Source: Tubiluchus corallicola (taxonomy: Eukaryota > Animalia > Priapulida). Taken from it: a stretch of DNA of 64,000 bases. Positions 24,296-35,281 of the stretch are shown one piece after another. The notes beneath the pieces were generated by a model. The model did not search any database. It had not been told where the DNA came from and worked only from the letters and a program-made list of their open reading frames with translations. A program made the translations under genes and the position numbers. How positions within the stretch are numbered: the stretch's first letter is position 1; every line of letters starts with the position of its first letter. The DNA is taken from the NCBI GenBank assembly GCA_030141605.1, contig JAQGDQ010000084.1, positions 124,001-188,000 of the forward strand, read 5' to 3'.

Positions 24296-25028
24296 TTTTG
24301 TGCGATTTTTCTATAAACTTTTAAAGAGTTTAAAGAGCCACCAGGTTGTAGACCACAATATTTTTCGCCTTCTTACCAGTGGATAGCGCTACATGTTTTA
24401 TATGATTAAGCTTTATTGAAGTAGGTGGGATTCTTGTTGCCATTTATTAAAACTATTATGTGGTGTTTCAAGTGAGAATATTCTCTCAAAAAATTGTTAA
24501 ATAAAATCAGTTAATTTTATTTATTTAAGGAAACGAAACCGTTAAGTACTTTTTCCTACCAATAGAGGGCAGAACTTGTACATATTGTAGTATAATTTGT
24601 ATTTGTGTGCAAATAAAAGACATAATAATAACAATAACAATAATAATAATAATAATAACCATGATCCAGCTAATATTCCCATAACTTGAATATCTCAATG
24701 GTTCCCGAATTCCTCGTTTACACCACTGTGTTTACAATCAAAATAAATTTTTGATTCAAAGATACTGGATAACAGCCTCTCTCATGACCATAACAGATAC
24801 TTCCCAAGTGCTAAAAACTACTTATTCCTTTAGCTAGAACATATATTGTACTAATTCGTGTATGACTGCATGGTTTATCGATCACTGATTATTTAATCAA
24901 TGATGTACGAACTATTCAAAGTAGTCGTGTCAATAAATGTACGGTGTTACATCAATAAGAGTATTAGACAATGAACGTCTTTAAACATTAATTACCTACT
25001 GCTGTCTCACTATACCTTCACTTACAAG

Positions 25029-25844
25029 CAGTGGCGTAGCTGAGGGGGAGCAAGGGAAGCAACACTCCAAAACTCATTTTTCAAAATTGGCACCTTTTCA
25101 ACAATTTTTTAGTTCATTTGTGTGTTGCTGAACGATTCTTTAGTTAGCTGAAACAGATGAAGTCCTGCCTTCTTTCTACAATGGGCGAGGGTAGATTGTC
25201 TGGGTTAGCTTTGCTCTCCATTCAAAGAGTTGAGCTGAATTACAATGAAGTTGTGGATTACTTTGCTAGAATGAAACCTTGAAGAAAGAGACTGTTGCAG
25301 TTCCTTCATAATACATTTTCACAATAATTCATTTTGTTTTCAATTTATGTTTAAAATTAAAATAAATTAAATAGCACACAAGTTTTGTTATGTTTTGAAA
25401 TTTATGAGTTTAATGTAGATTTTTTATCGTTTCTTTAATTTTAAATACAAAATAACAATTATGCACTTGCTTTAAAACTATTTAATTTTGTGTTTAAATC
25501 AAAACACCAAAAAATACAGTTTTAAAGGAAGCGCATAATTGTTATTTTGAATTTTAACATAATTGTGATTTAAAATTATAACACAATAAGAAGTTTTACA
25601 TTAAACTTATAAATCTCAAAACATGGTAAAACGTGTGTGCTATTCGGTTTATTTTAATTAAGACGTAAAACTGTTTGGCGTATGTCACAGCGTATTTTTA
25701 TTTGCCTGCTCCCCCTACTTTTAGAACTTGGTTACGCCCCTGCTCCCCCTACTTTTAGAACTTGGTTACGCCCCTGCTCCCCCTACTTTTAGAACTTGGT
25801 TACTCCCCTGCTCCCCGTCCTTTTAGAACTTTGCTAAGCCCCTG
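25029..25844 (+). mobile_element. Internally deleted hAT transposon with a transposase C-terminal remnant
   Basis: TIR CAGTGGCGTAGC/GCTAAGCCCCTG; TSD CTTACAAG/CTTGCGAG; 25127-25295 reads AERFFS*LKQMKSCLLSTMGEGRLSGLALLSIQ..YNEVVDYFARMK (hATC dimerisation motif); four subterminal tandem repeats at 25704-25844. Confidence 0.85.
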
Positions 25845-25928
25845 CTTGCGAGTTAATGTAGAGAGAAAATCGAATGACGCGACGTAAGAAGAGTCATTTC
25901 TTGTGTTACTACGTGGTGTGACAACGTG

Positions 25929-26310
25929 ATGTGTCATACATCACCAGCTCTTGTACTTTCGAGTTTTATTATAGTTCTTATAAATTTCGGTAAGTACGAC
26001 TTCCTGTTCTAATACAATACAATCTGTCAAGTTATGACAGAGAGAGGCAAGTGGTTATTATCTGCTCGTGTAAAGTCATGTAAACCTGATAAACCGTTAG
26101 TTCCTGCATGTAAGTTCAGGGCCAGATTTTAGTTTTGTAGACCCATGGTCAAATCATGTAACCCTGATAGACCGTTAGTTCCTGCATGTAAGTTCAGGGT
26201 CAGATTTTAGTTTTGTAGGCATCTGTTCAAGTCATGTAACCCTGATAGACCGTTAGTTCCTGCATGTAAGTTCAGGGTCAGATTTTAATTTTGTAGGCCT
26301 CAGTAAAGTG

Positions 26311-26344
<34 letters not shown>

Positions 26345-26358
26345 CCACCACCCCCACC

Positions 26359-26390
<32 letters not shown>

Positions 26391-29353
26391 TTTCGTCATC
26401 GTCATCATTGCTATTGGTTAATGACTATCACCGTAGGATAATATACTCAACTGCATATGGCACCTTGCCACCTGGTTTGGGCCTGCAGAAACGGGGCAGA
26501 ACTGTCTAATAATGGTTTCAACATAACTAGAATAAAGTACAGTAGAATTGAATGACACTATTACCTGTTGTTGCTTGTTAACTTCGGTTGAAGGAAACTT
26601 AGATTATTTAAAAGGCCTAAACTAATTAAGACAGGACTCTATCGAAAATTAAAGGAAAGCATAACAGAGAAGTAAACCAAAACAGACTGTACCTATCTCC
26701 CCATACAGTTGGTAGCAGGAAACTACTCTAGACTTAGTCATCAGAAAGCACAGACTCAACCTGATTACCACTGTAGCCCCAAAGTACAGCATGTGTTGAC
26801 CTTCCCTTCATAATCTTCCCAAACTAGTGTACATGTCATGGTCAGAGTCAAAACGAAACCTGATTGGTTGAAAGCAAAGGGTGTGATTATTCAGCCAATA
26901 AGAGACGAGATCTTTGCACAAACGCATTTCAGAAGATTTGGATTTAAACTACTGGTATTTTTAAGGGTGACATGTAACATTACCACTTAGTCTAGTTTGT
27001 GACCAATGCCATACTTTGTAATAAAAGGTAGAGGTTGTGTAGAATGGGCCGCCTAGGTGCCTGTGCTACTATATATTACCACTAGTTTGTGTCCATTGCC
27101 ATACTTTGTAATAAAAGGCAGAGGTTGTGTAGAATTTGGGCGACCAGGTACCTGTGCTACCATATATTACCACTAGTTTGTGTCCATTGCCATACTTTGT
27201 AATAAAAGGCAGAGGTTGTGTAGAATTTGGGCGACCAGGTACCTGTGCTACCATATATTACCACTAGTTTGTGTCCATTGCCATACTTTGTAATAAAAGG
27301 CAGAGGTTGTGTAGAATTTGGGCGACCAGGTACCTGTGCTACCATATATTACCACTAGTTTGTGTCCAGTGCCATACTTTGGAATAAAAGGTAGAGGTTG
27401 TGTATAATGGGCCGCCCAGGTGCCTGTGCTGCTATGCTAACACTCTATGACGTATCATTGGAAAATTATTATTACCTGTGACGGAGTATATAAGCTTGTG
27501 GTAAACATGTAAACGACTGTTTGTAAAAAATGTAAGAAAATTGTTGCGAACGAATTCACAAGTAGAACTATGTATAGCGTAAGACGGAAGGATAAAGAAG
27601 AGAGTGGGGAAAAAGTGAAAGAAAAGTGGCGCAAACACTTTTTTTGTAGATCGAATAGTGAATTTATTTTAATAAAAAGATTACTTAAAGATTAAAGTAA
27701 TATTAACGCGTTGTTTGTGTTATCAGCCATTGTAGTTTTTTATTTATTTTTATGTATTTTGACATATATACATACATTAAAACTGTATAATACAAAGAGT
27801 CAACAGGCGCATGCGCACTTAGGCTGATCCTATAAGACGTAAAAAGATGCACCAAAATAAAATTCCCTAAAATTGAATATCTCTCATTAAAAACCTCCTA
27901 ATAAAATGTACTTAAATATGAATTATGTACAATATACAACACGTTTTATACAATAATACGAATCGGAGAGAACCAATTGTTGTTTTTACAATAAGACTAT
28001 TTACAATTAAGGTATGATGTACAGAAGAAGCAAAGAGAACATATTGTGCGTTACAAAAGTTGATTTTTTACAGGTCGCTGCGATATAGGATGCTATCAAT
28101 GTCACTCCACGCACGAACAACTTTGCTTAGACCCCTTCGTTATTTCAAGTAGCACGTCAAGACTGAAATCAAGCAACGACAACTGTTTGAAATGTTCAAA
28201 AGTTAAAACCTTCTGGGAAGGTACGCTTAATATAATAAACATTATACTTTTAAATTGCAAAATAGTAGGTGTCATATGGCGAGTCAATGCTAGTCTCTGG
28301 CCAATATTTTGAAGTGAAGACCTATTAGAAATTTCGTTTATAAAAAAAGAAAAGAAAAGAAAAGAAAGCAAAAGAAAAAGAAGGAAAAGAAACGAAAAGA
28401 AGAGAAGAGAAGAGAAGAGAAGAGAATAGAAGAAAACAAAAAAAAGAAAAGGGAAGGATAAGAAACGAAAATCGTTTTTAAAATATTATACATTACCGTT
28501 ACGTTTTATAGTATTTCCAAACAGGTTATTAAATTAAAGAAAAACCGGACAATTGATTAGAATTGATTAATTTACTGTGCAAGTTGTACTTTTTCTTGCC
28601 AGAAAAAGTTAAGAACTGTTTCTATTATTTGAAAATAGAACTTGCTATAATAGAATAATAATAACTTGCCTTGGAAGTTAATATATGGTAACCGAACACA
28701 GCTATCGCTTACGTCACAAACTAACCACAGTTTGTGCAATGGCTGACATCGTCTCTGCGCATCAAGCACGTTTGCATCAATAACGAAGGTTGCTATAACG
28801 TCACATTGACGTCACAGACGAACACTGCAGTTCAGGATCATGCTTATCATGGTGCCGCACCTATTTGTCGGCCAAACGAATGTGATAAAAAGGCGTCATT
28901 ACCATTCTTAGTGAATTCACTAAGCCGCGCGTAAATTTGATAGTTTAACAAAAAAACTATCCAAGGTAATTATTATTTAGTCTATGCTTTGATTTAAAAA
29001 AAGCAGTTGTAGTTTTCATTATTTTAGAGCATACTTTATTACGAAGTAATGTTTACACAACCGTCCGGTTTTTTAGCTAAGCGTCATTATACAGTTATTC
29101 TGAGCCGGGATTTTTTTTAACGTTTTCAGAAACAAGAATTGAGGTGACTCGAGGTTGCGAAACGGATCCCCGTGTTGGCGTTCAGTTTGTACAGAAATCA
29201 CACGGCTGTAAACGAACCAATAACAATGGGGTCCTCACTGTTTCTTGTGTTTGTAGTGACCAACTCTGCAACGAAGCCACGCATAAATATACTGTGGTTA
29301 ATCTCCAGCTGTTTATGACTATGATTGCAATAATAGTATCAGTAAGGCTATAG
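25929..29353 (+). CDS. Quiver/sleepless-like Ly6/uPAR (three-finger) protein, secreted and probably GPI-anchored, 3 exons, ~143 aa
   Basis: Exons 25929-25989 (signal peptide MCHTSPALVLSSFIIVLINF), 28074-28220 (GRCDIGCYQCHSTHEQLCLDPF...NCLKCSKVKTFWE), 29130-29353 (ETRIEVTRGC...GCKR...SCVCSDQLCN + hydrophobic tail). Both introns are phase 1. The 10-Cys LU pattern has CYQC, CxDPF and terminal CxCxxxxCN. Confidence 0.88.
26070..26300. repeat. ~76-bp tandem repeat, 3 units
   Basis: TCATGTAACCCTGATAGACCGTTAGTTCCTGCATGTAAGTTCAGGGTCAGATTTTAGTTTTGTAG x3. Confidence 0.9.
26975..27430. repeat. 88-bp tandem repeat, ~5 units
   Basis: Unit ATATTACCACTAGTTTGTGTCCATTGCCATACTTTGTAATAAAAGGCAGAGGTTGTGTAGAATTTGGGCGACCAGGTACCTGTGCTACCAT; the central units are near-identical. 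Confidence 0.95.
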
Positions 29354-29484
29354 TTCTGTCTTATTTTCTTCGAGACTATCAGCCTTAAACGTGTGACTAA
29401 TGTATTCACTGGAACTTCTGTATCTCTGTGTAAGATCGTTGGAGATTGTTTTTTAATTGATTTCACAGAGTAAAAACGGATTCT

Positions 29485-29890
29485 TATTTTATTATTTATT
29501 ATTTATTAACACATTCAGTACAATATAATGACACTAAACACACAGTAACATCAAAATTATTACATTATACTGTCTTAAATTGTTATGTTTCATACACTAT
29601 CGTTATCATAAAAGAATAATTGTACTGCACTGGGCTAGAGAAGCAAAGGCTTGTATAAGCCCACTGTCATGTGAAATCGATAAAAAAGTATGGATGAGTG
29701 AACAAAAAAAAAGAACTGGGAGAAATGTTAGATCACACAGGAAGGGTAGAGGGATGTGTTAGTGGAAATGGTTGGAAGAAAGATAGTAGATTGTGCTATG
29801 TTGACATCAGCTCTAAAGATTTATCAATGATGCCTTGTTTTGTATAATCTGTACCAGGGTTGTTTTATGAGAGATTAACAATGGAATTGC
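29485..29890 (-). mobile_element. Dispersed repeat, probably a retroposon 3' end; second copy at 58910-59207
   Basis: About 290 bp of nearly identical sequence (CACATTCAGTACAATATAATGACA..GTGTTAGTGGAAATGGT) at both loci, each adjoining a (TTA)n tail. Confidence 0.7.
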
Positions 29891-30242
29891 AATTGCTGTG
29901 TAAACATCTAACATTCGAAGGTAGGCCCGACTGAGTGCAAGCCTGATTGACTGACTAACTGTAATACATATGTGATATTAAGTTTATAGTATATATGTAT
30001 GTTGCTCTGTTGTGTGCGTTTTTTGTGCTTGAACCACTTATATGTGGTTTCTTTGTTCAAATGCACGTTTTAAAGTCGTTTTATTGCCTTTTGTAATTTC
30101 TTTCCTTACTGGTTCAATAAATAAACAGACAATAAAATATAAGCTAATAGAATTTAGTTCGCACATATGTTGTTGTTGTCATATGTTTTATTTACATGTA
30201 ACAAACGTTCTATCTGAGCAGAGATGCAAGTATATGACCTTG

Positions 30243-30948
30243 AAAAGAAACGAAAAGAAAGCAAGAAAGAAAAGGAAAGAAACGAAAAGGAAAGAAAAGA
30301 AAAGAAAGGAAAGGAAAGGAAAGGAAAGGAAAGGAAAGGAAAAGAAAAGGAAAGAAAAGAAAGGAAATGAAAGGAAAGGAAAGGAAAGGAAACGAAAAGA
30401 AAATAAAGGAAAGAAAAGAAAAGGAAAGAACTGCACCATTTGTCAAATCGATACTTGAATCGTATGGGCTTAACTAATCAATTACTGTAATTAAAAATAA
30501 CACATCTTTATATTCAATATTTTAATACCATTTACATAACAGTGCAAAAATGGCTAACTTGCTTTAAATGATCGATCCTGCTGCGTCATCATCATTACCA
30601 TCAATTCGTTGTCTTTGCCATCGGCATTCCCGTCGCTGTCATCATCAACATCACCATGATCATCATCATCACCACCACCATCATCATTATCATTGGCAAC
30701 ATCACCATGATCATCATCATCATCTTCATCATCATCATCTTCTTCATGACCATCATCATCATCTTCATGACCATCATCATCATCATCATCAACAACAACA
30801 TCATTATCATCATCGTCATCACCATCATTATCGTCATCATCATCACCATCATTATTACCATCAATTCGTATCAGTATCATCATCATCATCATCATCATCG
30901 TCATCATCATCATCATCATTATTACCATCAATTCGTATCAGTATCAGT

Positions 30949-31004
<56 letters not shown>

Positions 31005-31030
31005 TATTATTAACAACAACAACATCACCA
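30243..31030. repeat. (AAAGG/AAAAG)n tract 30243-30430 and degenerate (CAT)n tract 30585-31030
   Basis: Seen directly; explains the low-complexity ORFs here. Confidence 0.95.
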
Positions 31031-31374
31031 TAATCGTCTTTTCCCATCCGATGCTTTGCTCCATTTAACGTTTTTTTGTTGTTTATGTCATTAATTAAGT
31101 CTCATCGATGTCGATCGCAGCTTATAAGTTAATTTCTTCTGTTGCACTCATAGCTGCACTGCAGTGTTAATTTGTAATTGTAGAACTTGTATTCAGTGTA
31201 GAAATATGAATGAAAAAACTAATTGCTAGTTAGTCATTGTGTGTGTGTGTTGGTGCCATGGTTTGTGCACATTTATAATGTGTGGACGTTTATAATAATA
31301 TAAACTTTTCATTACCTCGTATTATGTAATGTAATACTTTTAATTATTCCAAATCAATTTTTATTACAGACACT

Positions 31375-32500
31375 TAAAAACATATATAGTTAAAAAACAA
31401 CACAACTTTGTTAAAACTTTTACAGTGAAAAGTTAAAATCATGCCAAACGCTTCCATAGGCTACTGCTGTCATCATCAGCGATAAATTGGCAAACATACA
31501 ACCAGCGCATGTAGGCAGAGCACTCATATATTCATTACCTATTTGGCTTTAGTTAAATACATAATTAGTGCATAAGTTACTATATCAATTTCTTTTCTTC
31601 GGGTATGCTTAATCATTACCTATTTGACTTCTGTTAAATACATAATTAGTGCATAAGTTACTGTATTAATTTCTTTACTGGTCTGTTTATTCATTACCTA
31701 TTTGACTTCTGTTAAATACATAATTAGTGTTTAAGTTACTGCATCAATTTCTTTACTGGTCTGTTTATTCATTACCTATCTGGCTTTTGTAAATGCGTAA
31801 TTAGTGCATAAGTTACTGTATTAATTTCTTTACTGGTCTGTTTATTCATTACCTATTTGGCTTTTGTAAATACATAATTAGTGTTTAAGTTACTGCATCA
31901 ATTTCTTTACTGGTCTGTTTATTCATTACTTATCTGGCTTTTGTAAATGCGTAATTAGTGCATAAGTTACTGTATTAATTTCTTTACTGGTCTGCTTAAT
32001 TATTACCTATTGGACTTCTGTTAAATACATAATTAGTGTTTAAGTTACTGTATCAATTTCTTTACTGGTCTGTTTATTCATTACCTATTTGCTTTTATAA
32101 ATGCATAATTAGTGTTTAAGTTACTGTATCAATTTTTTTCCTGCAGGTCTGCTTAATCATTACCTATTTGACTTCTGTTAAATGCATAATTAGTGTTTAA
32201 GTTACTATATCAATTTTTCTTCTTCAGGTCTGCTTAATCATTAGCTACTTGACTTTTGTAAATACATAATTAGTCCTTAAGTTACTGTATCAATTTCTTT
32301 ACTGGTCTGCTTAATCATTACCTATTTGGCTTTTGTAAATACATAATTAGTACACAATAGGCTCTACCTATATAAACTGGTTGTATGTTTGTAAATTTAC
32401 CACTTATACCACTTATGATGACAGCAGCAGCCTGTCGAAACGTTTCGCGTGATTTTAACTTTTTAATGTAAAAGTTTTAATAAGTTGTGTTGTTTTTAAC
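31375..32500. mobile_element. Non-autonomous Penelope-like element: ~60-bp tandem array (~14 units) between inverted ~150-bp termini with a hammerhead-like motif
   Basis: 31375-31525 is the reverse complement of 32355-32500. The array at 31530-32350 has unit ATTCATTACCTATTTGGCTTTTGTAAATACATAATTAGTGCATAAGTTACTGTATCAATTTCTTTACTGGTCTGTTT-like. The terminus reads C(T/G)ATGATGACAG-loop-CTGTCGAAACGTTT followed by an AATAA-type signal. Confidence 0.65.
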
Positions 32501-33551
32501 TTTTAATTATCGTTCTGAATTTTACAAAATTTAATACTGAAGCTGTAAACAAATTACATAATTTTATTCTAAATTACATTCACACGCCCAAACCCTTATA
32601 TACAATTTTACAGCTCACCGAATATACAATAATTTACGCTATTGAAAAAATGAATTAAAAAGTTAAACAGCTGCCACCGTATTATTACAACCAACGCACA
32701 TATTCGACAAATACATGAAGGTGCATTTCATAATCACAAGCTATTAAAAAATAATTATTATTGTAGAAAAATGTTAGTATTTCCGGAAAATGAGAATGAA
32801 TGTAAGAACGAAACACGAAGCCATGAATAAGTATTTTAATTTGGTATTCAATCATCAATTAATTAATTTCAAAATATTTCTCCAGTTATATTTGAGGTAC
32901 GTCTACTTACTTTCTTCTTTAATATTATATAGAACATATTATAAATATACATCATACATCTTATATTATATTATATCATACTAAATATAAGTTTCTCACT
33001 GGTTGCTCTTAATGCATTGCCTAACAATCGTTTTTGCGCGTTTATGCAAAAATATCGACTTCGCAAACCGGTTCACACTGAACACGTTCATTTTAATCCA
33101 GCCACTCACTAGCCAAAAACGTATTTTTAATCTTATTGACAAGATACAGTAATTTAAAATTTTACTTAGTTAGCAGCACGTATGCTACGAATGCTCTGAT
33201 TATTTTCTCAAACTTTGCTCAGTGTTATTTAAACTTGTTTCAAACGATATACCATTAAAATGGCTGCGCCTAACGGTCATCGGGGGAGTTTAAATTTACA
33301 CGTTTTGTACATCGTTACCTCTGATGCAAGCCATGCATACGAAAAGTTAGTACGTAAGTGGTACAAAATTTCGTGACGATTTTTGAAAGCTTTATGTAAG
33401 TGGAGTGTTTTCTTGTGCTATACACATGCTTTAACTTCATCTGTTAACGCTATGCAAATGACAAAATCTGAAAAAAGCCAGGATTTCATTACAGCAGACA
33501 TGTTTATTGTCTGCTTATAAGACGTTCGTGAGCTGTCTGTTCACTGTCTGT

Positions 33552-35244
33552 TCATATAGATTCATGCACTGTCTGTTCGTTGTAAGATTCCTCATTTGAA
33601 CTCAACGACCCGGACGTGTAGACAGGACGGGGGATTTTAAACTTTGTCGACAAAACCTGGTTATTGTAACCAGTCATCTCGTTGCTTGCGGTCAGCTGCT
33701 GACTGTCCAGCAGTTCAATTGGTTTAGCTTTTAACCGACAGCAGAGGCAGACAACTGCAGTGACCATTGCTATTATACTTGCGACAAACATGGCGGAAAT
33801 GACAGCCAACGTTGTCACGTTAAAGCAATACTCTTTGACGGTTTCACTGTTCTCGCCAACATCTGAAAGAATTGTATGATAAGTGTCCGTGACGAGTAAA
33901 ACAACACAAGCCTATAGAAACGAACTGCTTATAGTAACGACCTTATGCATTCCAGCTCAATTTTTGTTGTCTGTTTTGTCAATTTGAGACCTATTCTTTT
34001 TCAATTTATCACCCAAAATAAGCCTTTTCATAGTTCATTGTGCGCAAGCGCAATCGGTGCAGGTCGAAGGTTAAGTGTTCCAGAGCAACGCGTCTTAACT
34101 ACAATTGTCACGTGACATGTGGGTAACGCAAATCATTAGTTCAGTTCACGAGGTGTTTTACGTGGACTTTCCTTAATTATGCATTAGTCTGTGCGTAGAG
34201 TGATTTACTACCAGGATCTTGCTTAGAACAAGAAAAAATGAACTAGGTAAGGTTTTAGCTAGCTGTTAAAACGCTTACTATTACAATAGCATGGGCTATG
34301 AAGCGTTGTCAAGTGTACAAAAATGCGTCGTCTGCTTAAATGCGTTAACATTTGACATTTTTACGATCATCATCAATCGCCGGAATAGCGAAAAGACTTA
34401 TTGACAAAACTTGGCACAAAAATAAATAAGTTTGGCACAAAAATCGAGCTAGCCCCAAATTTCTGACACTGTACTATTCGGTTCGAAGTTTTTTCTACGT
34501 CCTTACTTTGCTTTAAATGACACAACGCCTTTCGTTCTGGCCTTTGGTTATCATCTGTTATGGGTAATTCCTTGTATCAGTTTGTATATCCTCAATTCTT
34601 ATATTAGAACAGTCCGCAGTAAATCGTCTATTGAAATACGGGACTAACTATAAGGTCTACTATCTCTATCACATTTTAAACATATTCACAGAAGATCATG
34701 TTATAGTGTTCGAAAGAGGTTACTATTGTATACTGGCAATAGTATTATAATTGCTATTATTAACTCACGTGGACTTGTCAAATCGTGCTTTTTTGTGAAA
34801 TGTGACAAATAAGCCTTTTCACAGTTCCAGCGATTGATGATAATCGTTAAAAGGTCAAAAGTTAAGTGTACCAGACAATGCATTTGTGTACACTTGACAA
34901 TGCCTCGCAGCCTATGTTGTTATAATAGTAACAGTTTTAACAACTAGCTAGAACCTTACCTAGTTCATTTTTTCTTTTTCCCAAGTAAGATCCTGCTAGT
35001 AAATCACTATATGCACAGACTAATGCATAATTAAGTAAAGTCTACGTAAAACAACTAAAGCTTCTGAACTGAGGCAGTAGATGGCTTTGATTTACCCACG
35101 TGTCATGTGACGGTTGTAGTTAAGACGCATTGCTGTGGTACACTTAATCCTTAACAGACAGCAACTGTGTGCGTGCACACAACGAAACTACGAAAAGGCT
35201 TATATTATTAGCCTCTAAAATTTAACGTTGAATTTACTAGCCCT

Positions 35245-35281
<37 letters not shown>

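Noticed and set aside
27069-27345. Duplicated small proteins MVAQVPGRPNSTQ...
   Set aside because: Artefact of the 88-bp tandem repeat; the unit length is not a multiple of three.
30042-31068. Poly-His, poly-Asp, Lys/Arg-rich and poly-Met ORFs
   Set aside because: Translations of (AAAGG)n and (CAT)n microsatellites, open in several frames, with no splice support.
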